DNA of 64,000 nucleotides from Callorhinchus milii (taxonomy: Eukaryota). Location: positions 110,610,001 to 110,674,000 of the forward strand of contig NW_024704742.1 of NCBI RefSeq assembly GCF_018977255.1. Reading direction: 5' to 3'. The notes under the pieces were generated by a model. The model saw only the letters and a list, made by a program, of their open reading frames with translations, searched no databases and was not told the origin of the DNA. How positions within the stretch are numbered: position 1 is the first letter of the stretch; the number at the start of each line of letters is the position of its first letter. Shown one piece after another: positions 51,771 through 64,000 of the stretch. The position numbers were made by a program, and so were the translations under genes.

Positions 51771-53830
51771 GTTATAATAATAATAATAATCCAAATAAGA
51801 AGAATATATGGTAAGGAGGATTGATTCTGTTGTTGACTCATGAGAGTCAAAAGTTGTTGAGTGACTTTTATTGTAAAAGTGTGTAAATTAATGGCAACAT
51901 AAACATTGTCTATCAATGAGATGTGATTGATGTACATGGTGAGATCAAGGTTGGTACATCTACTAAAATGAAATCAGCTGTTTTTTGAGGGACCAGTGTA
52001 ATGTATTACTATACCACTACAGAATGCTACTAATGATCTGAGAACCGATTATCTGCCCCTACTCTCTACCTTCTATTTTTGAGTCATTGTCCATGCCGCC
52101 AAGATACCTTTAACAAAATAATAATAATAAAAATCCTTAAATTTGGTACAGCCCCTTTCACTTCTGGAGGATGTCCCAAAGAACTTCATAGGTTCTACTA
52201 TAAAGTGTAATGACAGTGTGTGTGTTTTGTTGGCGAATGTGGCAGCTAATTTGCGCACAGCAATACAATGTCACTTAACTTTCTCAACAGCTTTGACTGG
52301 TTTGTGGCATAGCTCTTTTGAAGAATGTAAAGACAACCTTATTATAGAGGAAAACACGAAAATCAGGATTCTCTGAACTTAGCTTATTTTAGGCCAGTCT
52401 AACGCTGTTAATGAATTTCACCAGTTAATAGATATTGGGGTTAAAAAAGGCCTGATTTGCATAACTGTTGGATAACTGATGGAAAAAGCATCCACAACTT
52501 GAACTGCATTTTCTCCAGAAAGCTTTAGGAGATCTCAGGTAGAGCTTACATCTGATAAATTGGTGTAACGCACAAAATTGGGGTTCCCTGCAGAAAAAGG
52601 AAATAATTACCAGGTGAGCTAGCAAGTACAGTTTATCAGTCATTTGTTTCAGGGCTCTTTGAAAATTATAGTTTACCTGTGCTTAATCACATCAGTTAAA
52701 TTATTAGGTCACTTTACTAAGGTATTGCATTTCTTTTAGTGCATTATTTTGTGATTTATGTTCTAGTAAAAATAAAAGAAAATATGTAATAGGGAAAAAA
52801 CCCACTCAGGATCTTTCACCCATTCCTTCAACAGACCACATCTAGTCAATTCCATTTTTTTAATCTGCTGAAAGAAAGGTCTGCATAAAAAAACTCTTTC
52901 ATCCCCAAAGGTCATCAAGTAAAAACTTCAGAATATTTATTCATTCCCACATCTGCACAATTCAATGCTGGCCTCTGCAGGCAACCTGTCTCCTAGTTTC
53001 TCCCTACCCCAGCAGTATAGTTAACATTTGAGTCTATGGATTGTTTGATCCATCTATAACTATCTGTATAAGCTTCAATCTCTTTGTCAACCAGATATTT
53101 ATCCCACTCCCTTTGAAGGATCAATTGCATCAATTGCTTTTGCTAGAAGTCTGTACCACATATTCACTGCTCTATGGTTAAAAAGAAATCATTCTAATCT
53201 CTGGTCTTGCTTGGCTTGTTAATTTTAAATCTGTGTCCTCTAGTTATATGTTCACAGTCTGTTAAGACCTTGATCATGTCTCAATTTTCTTTTCTTCAAT
53301 GAAAACACATTCAGCTCCAAACTGTAGAATTTTAGTCCTGAAAGGTTGCGGTTAACACAAGAGTTAAAAATAACACTTCTCGATAGTTGATTTATAAAAT
53401 CAGATTCTCAGAATTTTAGTGTTCATATTGATACTCTTGAAATATATGAAGGCAGAAGGAATAGATGTTCAGTGGAAGCCTGAGGGTCACAAAGTCTGTA
53501 TGATAGGAAGATAAGAGTTTGCTATATAAGAAGTTAAGACAATATTCTTCACTTGAAAAAGGCTAATTTCTCAGTTTTTGATATTTCAGTGTAAAATTGT
53601 TGGAAATATATATCTACTCAATGGTCATGCTCAACGATGGATCTGATAGAGACAACAAAATTATATTCCTGTCATAAATTGGGTCTGTGAGTTCACACAG
53701 TTTTGTAGTGTGATGAAAATTCAACTGTAAACACGAGCTGGTTTATAAAGATGGAACTGGAAGAAGAGGAATCCCCTCTCCCAGGAACTGGTCTGCCCCT
53801 CGAAGTGCTGCTGAGCCAATCTTTCAACAA

Positions 53831-54145
53831 GAGTCCTGTAGCTCAGTGGTTAGAGCACTCGCTTTGTAAGTGAGAGACCTGAGTTCAATTCCAGGCAGGG
53901 CGAAACCTTGGGCAAGTTTCCTTACTCCACACGCCTAATAATAATCCCTCCAAAAACAAAAACAATAATAAATTGGTAATTTTCAATCCATAACTGTTTG
54001 TGAGACACTGCTGTGTGCAATTGGCTGCCACGTTCGCCCACAAATATACAGTCAATTCACTTTACAGTATATTCTAGAATATAGTATATTCTAGTCGAGA
54101 AGACGTGAAAAGTGCTATATCAAATGCAAGGATTATTATTATTAT
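53831..54145 (+). mobile_element. Young SINE, full length (short form)
   Basis: Near-identical to 32352-32669; part of the tail stem is replaced. Confidence 0.92.
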
Positions 54146-54289
54146 TTTTATTATTAAGAGTGCTTTGGAGTACTGCAGACCCGCCTGCCTCATAACACTT
54201 GAGACCATCACAAAGAATTGATTTGTTTCTGACATTCTAGTGCCAAGCACATTATCTCTATTTACCTCTCTGCTCCGCCTCCCCTCCAC

Positions 54290-54591
54290 CACCAAGGAGG
54301 ATATCCATTAACAAAGAGAATGTCTACCTTGAAGAAACCAGAGGACCAGAAGAAATCGAAGAAGATATGAGCGAGTACTAAATTTATGGAACAGGCTCCC
54401 TAAGGAGAGAATGGAAGCAGAAAATGTCATTTGTTTCAAGAACAAATTAGATACATTTCTGCTAGAAAATAATATCTCAGGGTACAGTATATAGTTTGGA
54501 ACATGACATATCAAGCGATTGCTAGGTTGGTGGAAAGCGAACTAGATGGACCTTGGTATTCTTTCGCCTAGCAAATTCTTATGTTCTTATG
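54290..54591 (+). mobile_element. CR1 3' fragment
   Basis: RVLNLWNRLP..FKNKLD motif and a ttcttatgttcttatg tail; its reverse-complement end recurs at 4515-4575. Confidence 0.8.
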
Positions 54592-57327
54592 AGATGAGAT
54601 AGATACTGAACAGTTAGAGTATGAGAACAACATGCAGAAACATTGGTCTGCATTCTCTACCTACTTTCATTAAATAACATTTTAACAGATACGCTTGAAA
54701 GTGTGAGACTCAGGCCCAGTGTATGTCTATCATTCCCAATACATAAAGGTTGACAGCTCTGGGTTTAGCTGTCCGGAGACATTCTACGTATCCAACGCAA
54801 ACTATCAGATGTACAAACAAGGCTGTTCTCTATAGCCTTTGTACTTGACATTTTGTAGTTTCCTCTGATTACCCATGGGAACCTTTAGGGAGCTCTAACA
54901 CTTATCAAGAAACAGGACAAAATGCGAGGCCTGTTGTACACAAAAAACAAACTTCTTTTCGGACTTATCAACACCCACCCGTTTGAGGTAAAGTGTCTTC
55001 AATCTATCCTTTTACTTCCATCTTTGATTTTTGAAGTTTAAGGTAGTATATTTGACATATAGAACAATAAGGGGCTGCAAATATGGCATTTGCGAACCAG
55101 ATGTCACTGCATTATTTGTTGCCCAATTCGCAAAGGAAATTGGGAAGTAGCACCATCCCGAAGGCCAGCAAAGGCTGTTTTGCAGCTGGTAATTTTCTTT
55201 CTGGCCTTTTTCGCATTTTAGGCGTCAGCCTTGCTCAGTTGATGGTACACTCATCTCTGAGTCAGAAGGTTGCAGAGTTTAAGGCCCATGTGAAGACTCT
55301 GAACACACAGGCTAGTTTGGGGTGACACTCCACAATAGTGTGCTGTATGAATGCAACATTGTCAGAGGTATTATCCTTCATTTGAAATATTAAGCTCAGT
55401 TGAAATGATAAACCCAGGTCCTATCTATCTGTTCTAAATTGTAATTACAGCAGGAATATCCCTCATTCAAATTTCTGTAAAATACTAACAAGAGCTGGTT
55501 TTCTCCAATGATGCTTTAATAGTCTGTAATAATGAAATACACAAACAGATGACTGCCTCGTAAGTGTAAAACTATACTAAATATATAAGCAAGTTTTGCC
55601 ATGCATTTTCTGTTTCTTTAATTACAGAAATTAAGTAGCTCCATTGTATAATCTATCCTTGTCTGACAGAAAATAATTAGTCTTTTAAGAAGGCAGCTCT
55701 ATCTATATGTACAAATTAATTTGATCCTTGGCTATACAAACTGAACTCCAAACTGTCTGACATTATCAAAGACATATGAAAGTGCCACACTTTTATGAAA
55801 ACTGCAGATCGGCAAAAATAATACGGGAATAATATTTCAAATAAAGGATTCTACCACCTCTTTTATCTGGAGCTGACAATGCTAAGTACTTCATATTCTG
55901 AAAGAGTGCAACGTGCTGTAATTATCTATATTGTTCTAAACTCAGATAAACTGGAGATAACTGTGGAAAAAAATACATGCATTATAATGCAATGAGACTG
56001 AATAAGACTTTGACAGAAATTACATTGCTTTTTGTTCTCTACAGACTTTATACTAGACATTTCCAAATGAACAATTATATTATATTATTTTCTTCTAAGA
56101 TTTTTTTTAAACCAAAAACAAATGTTACATGTCTTTCTGAGAAAAAAATATCAAAAATGTACCAATTTTATGGCAGTGGTGGTGGGGGGTGCACAGTCAC
56201 AGGATTGTTAGCAGAGAATTAGGAGAGAGGTTAGCGGAAATTTCTTCGATCAAAGGGTTGTTACAGTTTGGAATTCAATACCACAAGTGACTACTGTGAC
56301 AGCATCAACAACAACAACTTGCGTTTATACAGCGCCCTTCACGAGGGGTAGCGTCCCGGAGCGCTTAGATGGATCAATGGAATCATTCAAACGGGAACTA
56401 GATAATAATAATCCTTACATTAAATAAGTGGATAACTATCTAAGTAGTAAAAACATTAAGGGATATGGGGAAAGAGGTGAAAAGTGGGATTGATAAAAGT
56501 GACTGATAAAAGTGATAACAGTGTTTTTATCCAAAGTGATTTGAACAAAACAGGTAGCAGTGACAACTATTTGTGCTTATATATTACCTTTCATGTAGGG
56601 AGAACATCTCACTGTTCTATACAAAAACTGAGTAGGGGCACAGACACGATAGACCAAATAATAATAATAATCCTTGCATTTGACATAACGCCTTATCACA
56701 TTTTTGAAACGTCTCAAAACGCTTCACAGAAATATACTGTAAAGGGAATTGACTGTATATTTTATGGGCAAAATGCGGCAGCCAATTGCCAACAGTCGTG
56801 GATTGAGTGGCCATATTATTATCTTTTAAATTTATTTAATGAACCCCTTCTATACGGAACATTTCTATGTTTCTATGATCATTTATATTCAAGAACTCAA
56901 CCTTTCATTTCATGTTATAATGAAAGTTTTCTGATTCATATTAACATGTAATTCAAGCAACACAAAAATTTCTGACCATGTTAACTACATGATGAATTAG
57001 TTATGTTAATTTCCAATAATCCCCAGGTCCCAATCCTACAGTAACTATCTGTGCAAAATGTCCATTAAACAAGGTTCATTTATTATTAATAATAATAATA
57101 ATCCTTGAATTTGATATAGCATCTTATCATATCATTAAGATGTCTCAAAGCATTTCACACGATTTTGGTGTGGAAGTGTTGTGACTGTATTTGTAGGCAA
57201 ATGAGCAGCCTATTTGCATTCAGCAATGTCTCATAAACAACCGTGAAGTGAGTGACCATTTATCAGTCACCAATTTTTTAGTCTGTGACAAAGAGTGAAT
57301 TGAAAAGATTCTAAAATGTCATTTAGT

Positions 57328-57653
57328 TAATAATAATAATAATAATAATCCTTGCATTTGATATAGCGCTTTTCATGTCAGGAGGACATCCCAAAGCGCT
57401 TCACAGAACACACTGTAAAGTGAATTGACTGTATATTTGTGGGCGAACGCGGCAGCCAATTGCGCACAGCAATGTCCCACAAACAGTCGTGGACTGAAAA
57501 TGACCAATTTATTATTGTTTTGTTTTGGAGGGATTATTATTAGGCTCTGTGTGGAGTAAGGAAACTTGCCCAAGGTTTCGCCCTCTGCCTGGAATTGAAC
57601 TCAGGTCTCTCGCTTGCAAAGCGAGTGCTCTAACCACTGAGCTACAGGACTCC
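57328..57653 (-). mobile_element. Young SINE, full length (short form)
   Basis: Reverse complement of the family consensus; 13 bp of the head (AGCTACAGGACTC) is repeated at 57654-57666. Confidence 0.93.
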
Positions 57654-58756
57654 AGCTACAGGACTCACTTTAGTTATAAAGTGATAAACATTATGTAATA
57701 ATCAGTACTATCTTCAAACAATTGGATCACCATTTCTTTGGTGAAATGGAAGCAGGTTTTCTTATACAACAACAACGACAATTTGCATTTATATCGAGCC
57801 CTTCACACCGGACGGCGACTCAGAGCGCTTATAAGGGACTTTCTTTTCAAAACTTAATGCCGGCAACCCTTCTTACAGTCTCTTTCTAGCGATGCAATTA
57901 ATTTGTATCACCATGGCTACTATTAAAAATCTGAAGCTTTTTAAATACAGACGAGGCATCATTATTATGTCATGAAGCAACAATGAGAAGCACCTGCATG
58001 AGACACAGTTCTTTAGTATTTTTGGATGGGATCTTCATAGCTGCAGTAGTTTCTGGCTCCCTATTCATTAAAATGTATGTGCAGTGCCTATAGAGTTTTA
58101 ATTTCTAATATTATGGATCTCTAAATAATTTCAGTTTCTAGCAACGGGATATCTTATGGGCCAATTGTACAACAACAACAAAATTACATTTGTATAGCGC
58201 AGCAGATTTGGAATTGATTTTGTGCAAATATTATCTTAAATCATTGTAAAATCTGCAATATATCTGCACATTTAGGGGTCTCAAATGAATCAGTGTTTAC
58301 TGAAATAGTTCATAAATAACTGCAGGAGCTGGTTTGACACCATTCCAACCTCACACCAGCTACAACTATATTTATAAAAGGCAAAATACTGCAGAACTGC
58401 CCAAAGGTCATCGACCTGAAACGTTAACTCACTTTCCTCTCTCCATAGATGCTGGTTGACCTGCTGAGTGTTTCCAGCAACTTCTGTTTTTACAACTATA
58501 ATTGTAACCAATGTGAATGAAGCTTACAAACTTTTACTTTAAACTTTATATTTGCAAGACATTTGCCAGATCATCTTTACCTTGTTTAATGTCAGTGAAA
58601 ATATCAAGAAGGCAATATAGCTCGTCTGACATCAAAACTTTTACCACAAAACGTATTTGTTCTGCAAAGCTACTATTTGATCCATTACTATTTGTAACAT
58701 TTGGTTGTATTGAACAATCTGAACTCTCTATAAATATGGTAAAATTGGAGAGAAAC

Positions 58757-58885
58757 CTGGAGATATTCTCTCTCAAGTTCCACTAGCAGCAAGTGGAGAG
58801 AAGGTCTGCTCAAAACCCTACACCGAGTGTGCTTCATTCCACACGAGTAACATTGGGGGTCTGTTCTGGAGGTTGTGATAGTCTT
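58757..58885 (-). CDS. Candidate exon (KTITTSRTDPQCYSCG...LEREYLQ) or a terminal exon
   Basis: Good acceptor ttcctctttacacgtgcatttacAG and 43 open codons to a weak donor CAG|GTTTCT. An alternative frame gives RLSQPPEQTPNVTRVE*. Confidence 0.2.
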
Positions 58886-59667
58886 CTGTAAATGCACGTG
58901 TAAAGAGGAAATTGTATAATTAGCTACTAATAAATAACAATTAACTACCAATTATATAATTGGTATTATATAATTACGTAATTAACTTCCAATAAAGAGA
59001 ATTACAGATTTGGATTTGCATTTGGTACAGCATCTATAATGTCAAAAAGTCTCAGAGCGTTTCACAGATAATTGCTGTCAAGTGTACTGACAATGCATTT
59101 ATAGGCAAACATGCCAACCAGTTTGTGCATAGCAAGGTAAATCACTTCAACAACACAGCCATTGAAGTGAATGATTGCTGACCAGAAAACAGGGAGAAAC
59201 TCCCTTACACTTTTCAATAGCAACATGGGATCTTTTATGACTACCTGAAAAGACAGATGACCACAGTTTATGATCCAAAGGACAGGATCTCCAACGATGC
59301 AGAACTCTAAATGTATTGGATTGGCAGCCTGGATTTGAGTTCAAAGTCCCAATGTGGGGCATAAACCCACAACCTTCTGACCCTGTGGCAATAGTGCTAC
59401 CAACTGAGACGAGCTGACACTGTTATTCACCTTGTTAAGGGAACTTGTAATTTTTTCTGTATACATCGTTACTACAATTTACTGATCACCTTGCCCAAAT
59501 AAATGATAACTGATAAAACTCAAGCATACTTTTACAGTACACACATGAGTACAGTATACACATGACCCAACATCTAGGCCTCTGGACAAAGGACCTGGAA
59601 ATTATTAACACCATGATAGTCTTCATTATTCGACAGACTGTGCCTAACAATAAGGTGCATCCACATG

Positions 59668-60050
59668 TCAACCTGGTTCAGTTAGTAACACTCTTGCTTC
59701 TTAGTCAGAATGATGTGAGTTCAAGTCCCATGTCAGGACGCTGAACTCATTGTCTAGGATGATGCTCCAATACAGTGCAGGAGGAGTGCTGCATTGTTGG
59801 AGGTACCATCCTTCAGATGAGATGTTAAACCAAGATCCCATCTACCTGCTCAGTTGGACGTTAAAGATCCTATGGTACCAATTGGAAAGAGAAAAGAGTT
59901 TCTTCTGACGTCCTGGCCAACAATCCCACAGACTAAAATTAATTTTGTGGCCGTTGTGGGACAATTTGCACAATTTCCTGTGTACAAATTGATGGTCTCC
60001 AAAATATACGCTTCACATTATCTCATGTGAAACTTTTTGAGACGTCCTCC
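59668..60050 (+). mobile_element. Ancient Deu-domain SINE; further copies at ~17830-18110(-), 18985-19430(-), 42860-43205(-), 55225-55435(+), 59010-59420(-)
   Basis: GAGTGCTGCATTGTTGGAGGTACCATCCTTCAGATGAGATGTTAAACC...GGACGTTAAAGATCC...GTCCTGGCCAACA. Confidence 0.78.
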
Positions 60051-61151
60051 TCTACCAACCCTCATAAATTGGAACCTCCAAAGTGTATAAAAATATGTAA
60101 CTGTGCAAAACTGCCCATGTATTTATCAGCAACTGATAAATGTAACCTGTAATTGGCCATAATTCAAGAACACGTATAAATCTTTGTTGAATAAAAAAAA
60201 CAGGATTTGTTTGCTGGTTACCAAAGCAGACATTTGTTCAGGCACCAGTTTTACAGTGACAGCTTCCTTAGATTATGTGTGAGCAAATAGCATCATGCTA
60301 TATTGCTGGCTCCAGTCCCACACCTCTTGGCACTCAGGTGAAGCGTGCACAGAAAATGTGTAAGAAACTACTATAATCCCCTTTACCAGGGGCAATAAAT
60401 AGGCATTTTAATTTTACAATAACAATCTGTGCACATATAATGCCTGCGGTCATATCACTTAGCTGGTCCTTGTAAAATCTGCAGGAGATTGACAGTGGAA
60501 TGATATAAGCAGAAACAGAGCAGTTCAAGTAAAAAAAACAGTTTGAAATTTGAGCTGCTAGCTGTCTTAGCTTTATCTGTGGTCCTTATCTTAGTTGCAC
60601 ATTTAATATACTGCTATTTCTGTTTGCTGGGTAGTTTTGTTCTATTGTATTGAATATTGGGATGAACACTGTTATGTTTCTTAACAGATTCAAAGTGTTA
60701 ACAAATTACACTATTGAGATACTTCACATTTTATTTCACACTGTAGAACCATCAATCAAAAATGACCAATTGAAGCCTCAATTTGTAAATTAATCTAGTC
60801 TCACAAAAAAGAAAAGGTTTTGGAGTCAAATATGTAGCATGTAATCTTATCACAAATGGCAATTATTACAAACACCATCTTTTGGGGAAGGGAGTTGAAA
60901 CCCATCCTTATCCTCTCCAGAGGTCATTGCTATTGTTGACGGAAGTGATAATTATCACCAATTACATATCAGCTGCTGCATTTTGACCTTATATTTTGAA
61001 ACATTTGGCAAATCAAAATTGAGTAACTTTCTTAAATAAATAGGCCTGCAAATTTCCTCTCCAACCCACAGTAAATTTGAAATATATTTCCAGTCCTACA
61101 TAGTTTGATTGTGTATATGATGCCAAGATAATTTTTAAAGACATGTTCTAC

Positions 61152-61236
61152 CTTTGTCCATTTTTCTGAAAGTACTTTTAAGAGCTGCAGAAAATCTGCT
61201 TCAAAGTTAAGACTGAATTCTACAGGTTCGAAAATG
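61152..61236 (-). CDS. Candidate exon IFEPVEFSLNFEADFLQLLKVLSEKWTK
   Basis: ctctgtttatgcAG acceptor, AAG|GTAGAA donor, open frame (phase 2 to 0). No recognised homology. Confidence 0.25.
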
Positions 61237-62868
61237 CTGCATAAACAGAGTACAATAACAACTTGCATTTATATAGCGCCCTACAGGGGGGTAGCTTCAA
61301 GAGCACTCAAAAAAGGCGTTGCTTGTTGGATATTAAACGACTAACTAGTGACTATCCTTCTTGGGGGGAGGTATCCTTCTTGGCTCCAAGGTGAGATGTT
61401 TGGCAATGGAATATCAGCATTGATTCAGCCCTCTATACTGGCTCATCAGTAGGACTTGGAAAGGCAGACCAGTCACTGAGGGCAGGGAGTCATCTCACTC
61501 AGCTCTGCAACCCAAGGCCCTAACTGGTATGCTGATCCTAGCTGAACAAGCAGCAGAAAAGGTTGATTTTAGGCATGATCAAAGAGGAAAATCTTCAGGT
61601 GTGATCCAAAGACAGGCAAAAAAGGGGCAAAGCAGAGGGACCGAGGCAGGGAGATCCAGGATAAATCTAATTCCAGATATAATTTCTCCCAGTATATTGG
61701 CAGATCAATTATTAACTGACAAGTGGCAAGATGACAACACACAATTGTTGATTATTTTCTTATTAGCAGTAGCAAAGGCAAAATTATAAGCAGAACAGCA
61801 CTGAAGCACAAGACATATTCAGAGTGGAATTCAGGCACAGGCTTCAGATTTTGCACCAATCGGTCCCATCATTATGCTTATCGGAATAATGGGATAAATT
61901 GCGACTTTGTGTCTATTTTTTGCTAACTAAGCCTGTCTAACATTCAGAAACTATCACCTCGTTAGAGCATATTCCTGACACTGCCATCACATCACTACAT
62001 TTCAATATTTCGGTGACAATACAGCAAAATTAGGAGACAAAGTCACATATGGATTAGTGACTCTCCAGGATCTTTGTCCTTTGCATAAATAGGTCTGTTT
62101 CGCCCATAACTATGCAGTCAATTCACTTTGCAGTATATTCTGTGAAGCGCTTTGAGACGTCTAGAAGACGTGAAAAGCACTATATCAAATGCAAGGATTA
62201 TTATTACTATCTCATGCACACCCTTTGAAGACGATAACCAAACTTTAGAGTTTCATACAGAAAAGAATACTTTGTCAGCATGATCTCCTTCACAAACCTG
62301 TGAGGGTGAAAAAATATTTTCCGTTTTTGTGAACGAATAGGATTATCTGAGTTTTTGTGCAATATACATCAAACAGTTTCATATTGCTCCAATTCAATAG
62401 GAAATGTGAGCTCTCTGACATTAATGCTTTACAGTGTGGCATATTTGATGTGAGATCAGCATTTGTCTCACAAATTCTCATTACAAATGTATTATTCTGA
62501 GACTATGTATTGTTGGATGTTTACTGGATCTGCTCTTAAATATAGTCAAAAATATTTGGATACTCATGTTAATATGGTGAAACATAAAAAAATTCACCTG
62601 ATATGAAACACTTTTACTTTAGCTTTACTTTTTTATTGTTAATTTCAACCTGTGCCTAATAGTGTCCAGAACTAGATAAGCAGGGTGCATCTTTCTGGGG
62701 AGAGGATTCTCCCACAAATTATACAGTCAATTCACTTTACAGTATATTCTGTGCAGCACTTTGAGATGTCTCGAAGACGTGATAAAGCGCTATATCAAAT
62801 GCAAAGATTATTAAGGATTATCGGATACGCATTCCATTCCAGACACAGGGAAATTTCCATGCAAGCCT

Positions 62869-62869
62869 G

Positions 62870-62901
<32 letters not shown>
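62869..62901. repeat. (TA)n microsatellite
   Basis: Directly visible. Confidence 0.95.
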
Positions 62902-63377
62902 GGTATGTAGAATGCTCAGTTTGGATAGCCTGATGCATGGTGTTCAACTTTCATATGTTGTCAGACACCCGGCTGACCACCCCAAATATCATTCACAATG
63001 ATTAATAAGCAGTTATTCAACAATAGGTATTGGAGAGAGAGGACCACACCTAGAACAAGCCACTGCTTACCCAACACCTACATGGGTCGCTGACAATGAT
63101 TGGGAGTGGAATATTTTGCCATCTTGAATCAAAGATGCTGATGCCACCTATAGCATCTTCACAGAGCTAAGCTTTGGGATCGAACTTGGAATTTTCCTGG
63201 TCTGTAGGGTTCAGTATCACACAACGTAAAGAAGTTATCCACTGAACGTTAATTTGTAAAGTGCTGAATATTTCAAGTAGCATTGCTTTCCCTTGGATGT
63301 GTACTGTGCTACAAGGTAAATTTTTATGTTAAAGCAATGCTATGTTCCTGCAATTGTACAAAGCATATGCTTTTTAC

Positions 63378-63474
63378 TCGCCGCGTAGCTCTATTAGGAC
63401 CGCAAAGTTGTTCTCAAAGAAATCACTCAAAAGCAGACGGATTGCCGAATGACATAAGATAATTTCTCTGACAA
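63378..63474 (-). CDS. Candidate exon VREIILCHSAIRLLLSDFFENNFAVLIELRG
   Basis: gtttgttttgaaccAG acceptor, open frame, locally CpG-rich. Donor is either GTAAAA at 63377 or GCGAGT at 63381. No recognised homology. Confidence 0.22.
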
Positions 63475-64000
63475 CTGGTTCAAAACAAACTCACAAGTAC
63501 CAGCAGAATCATCCTGTATTATTTAAATGCTTTATAGGCATTAAAATTAACATGAATGCAATGAAACCTGGCCCAGTCCAGGCTTGTTCTGACAGCATAA
63601 ACCCAGCAGGGAGGTGACTAGCACATTTACTGTATTCTTTGTTCATTTATCTCAAGCATGTACCAGCAAGCATCTCAGAAATATTTGAACAGATCTTTGA
63701 ATATAAATTACATTTCCATATTTAAATGACTGCTATTCTCCAACATTAAAAAAATATTATTCATTGCTTTCAAGTTGAAACTTCTGATCCCCTTTACAAA
63801 TATGCAGCCCTCTGTTTGTCCATATCATGAACCAAGAATCTAAAGTCATTTGAAAAATAAAAGGAATGTTCAATATCGCAATGAATAATGTCCATGATTA
63901 AAACAATTTGATGGAAATGGTTCAATAAAACATTTCACTCCTGCAACAAAAGAACGTTCTAATTTAGCAATTGCCCACTCACTTTGACAAGTGTCCTTTT

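Noticed and set aside
54859..54987. Plus-strand exon-like segment with AG/GT signals
   Set aside because: The only long frame has a stop immediately before the donor.
62297..62496. 67-codon open minus-strand frame
   Set aside because: Weak acceptor, phase incompatible with neighbouring candidates, no recognisable motif.
1..64000. CRISPR array, rRNA, prokaryotic operon or defence system
   Set aside because: Sequence is vertebrate-like; recurrent short motifs are dispersed SINE/LINE tails, not regularly spaced repeats.

Overview
AT-rich, repeat-dense vertebrate genomic DNA, mostly intronic or intergenic. The repeat repertoire (CR1 and L2 LINEs, a young tRNA-Ala-headed SINE with an L2-type tail, Deu-domain SINEs, Penelope-type hairpins) points to a cartilaginous fish, probably a chimaera such as Callorhinchus; this is an inference. 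The only well-supported host coding sequence is a 110-nt minus-strand exon (12002-12111) encoding an RCC1 repeat of an unidentified gene. Other exon candidates (~20.3 kb, 58.7-64 kb) are weak. Nearly all listed ORFs are retroelement fragments or noise. Notable observations: (i) a recent 1.32-kb templated insertion copied from 31 kb away into an L2 copy, with one homologous junction and a duplicated target, plus three smaller local duplications; (ii) a CR1 whose RT region is replaced by an L2 tail stub and which is split by a second CR1; (iii) a decayed Vingi/Ingi-like LINE; (iv) Penelope-type minimal hammerhead ribozyme relics; (v) compensatory changes in the shared L2/SINE 3' stem-loop; (vi) unclassified ancient repeat families. 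I cannot demonstrate a new multi-gene system. All family assignments are by eye, with no database search.
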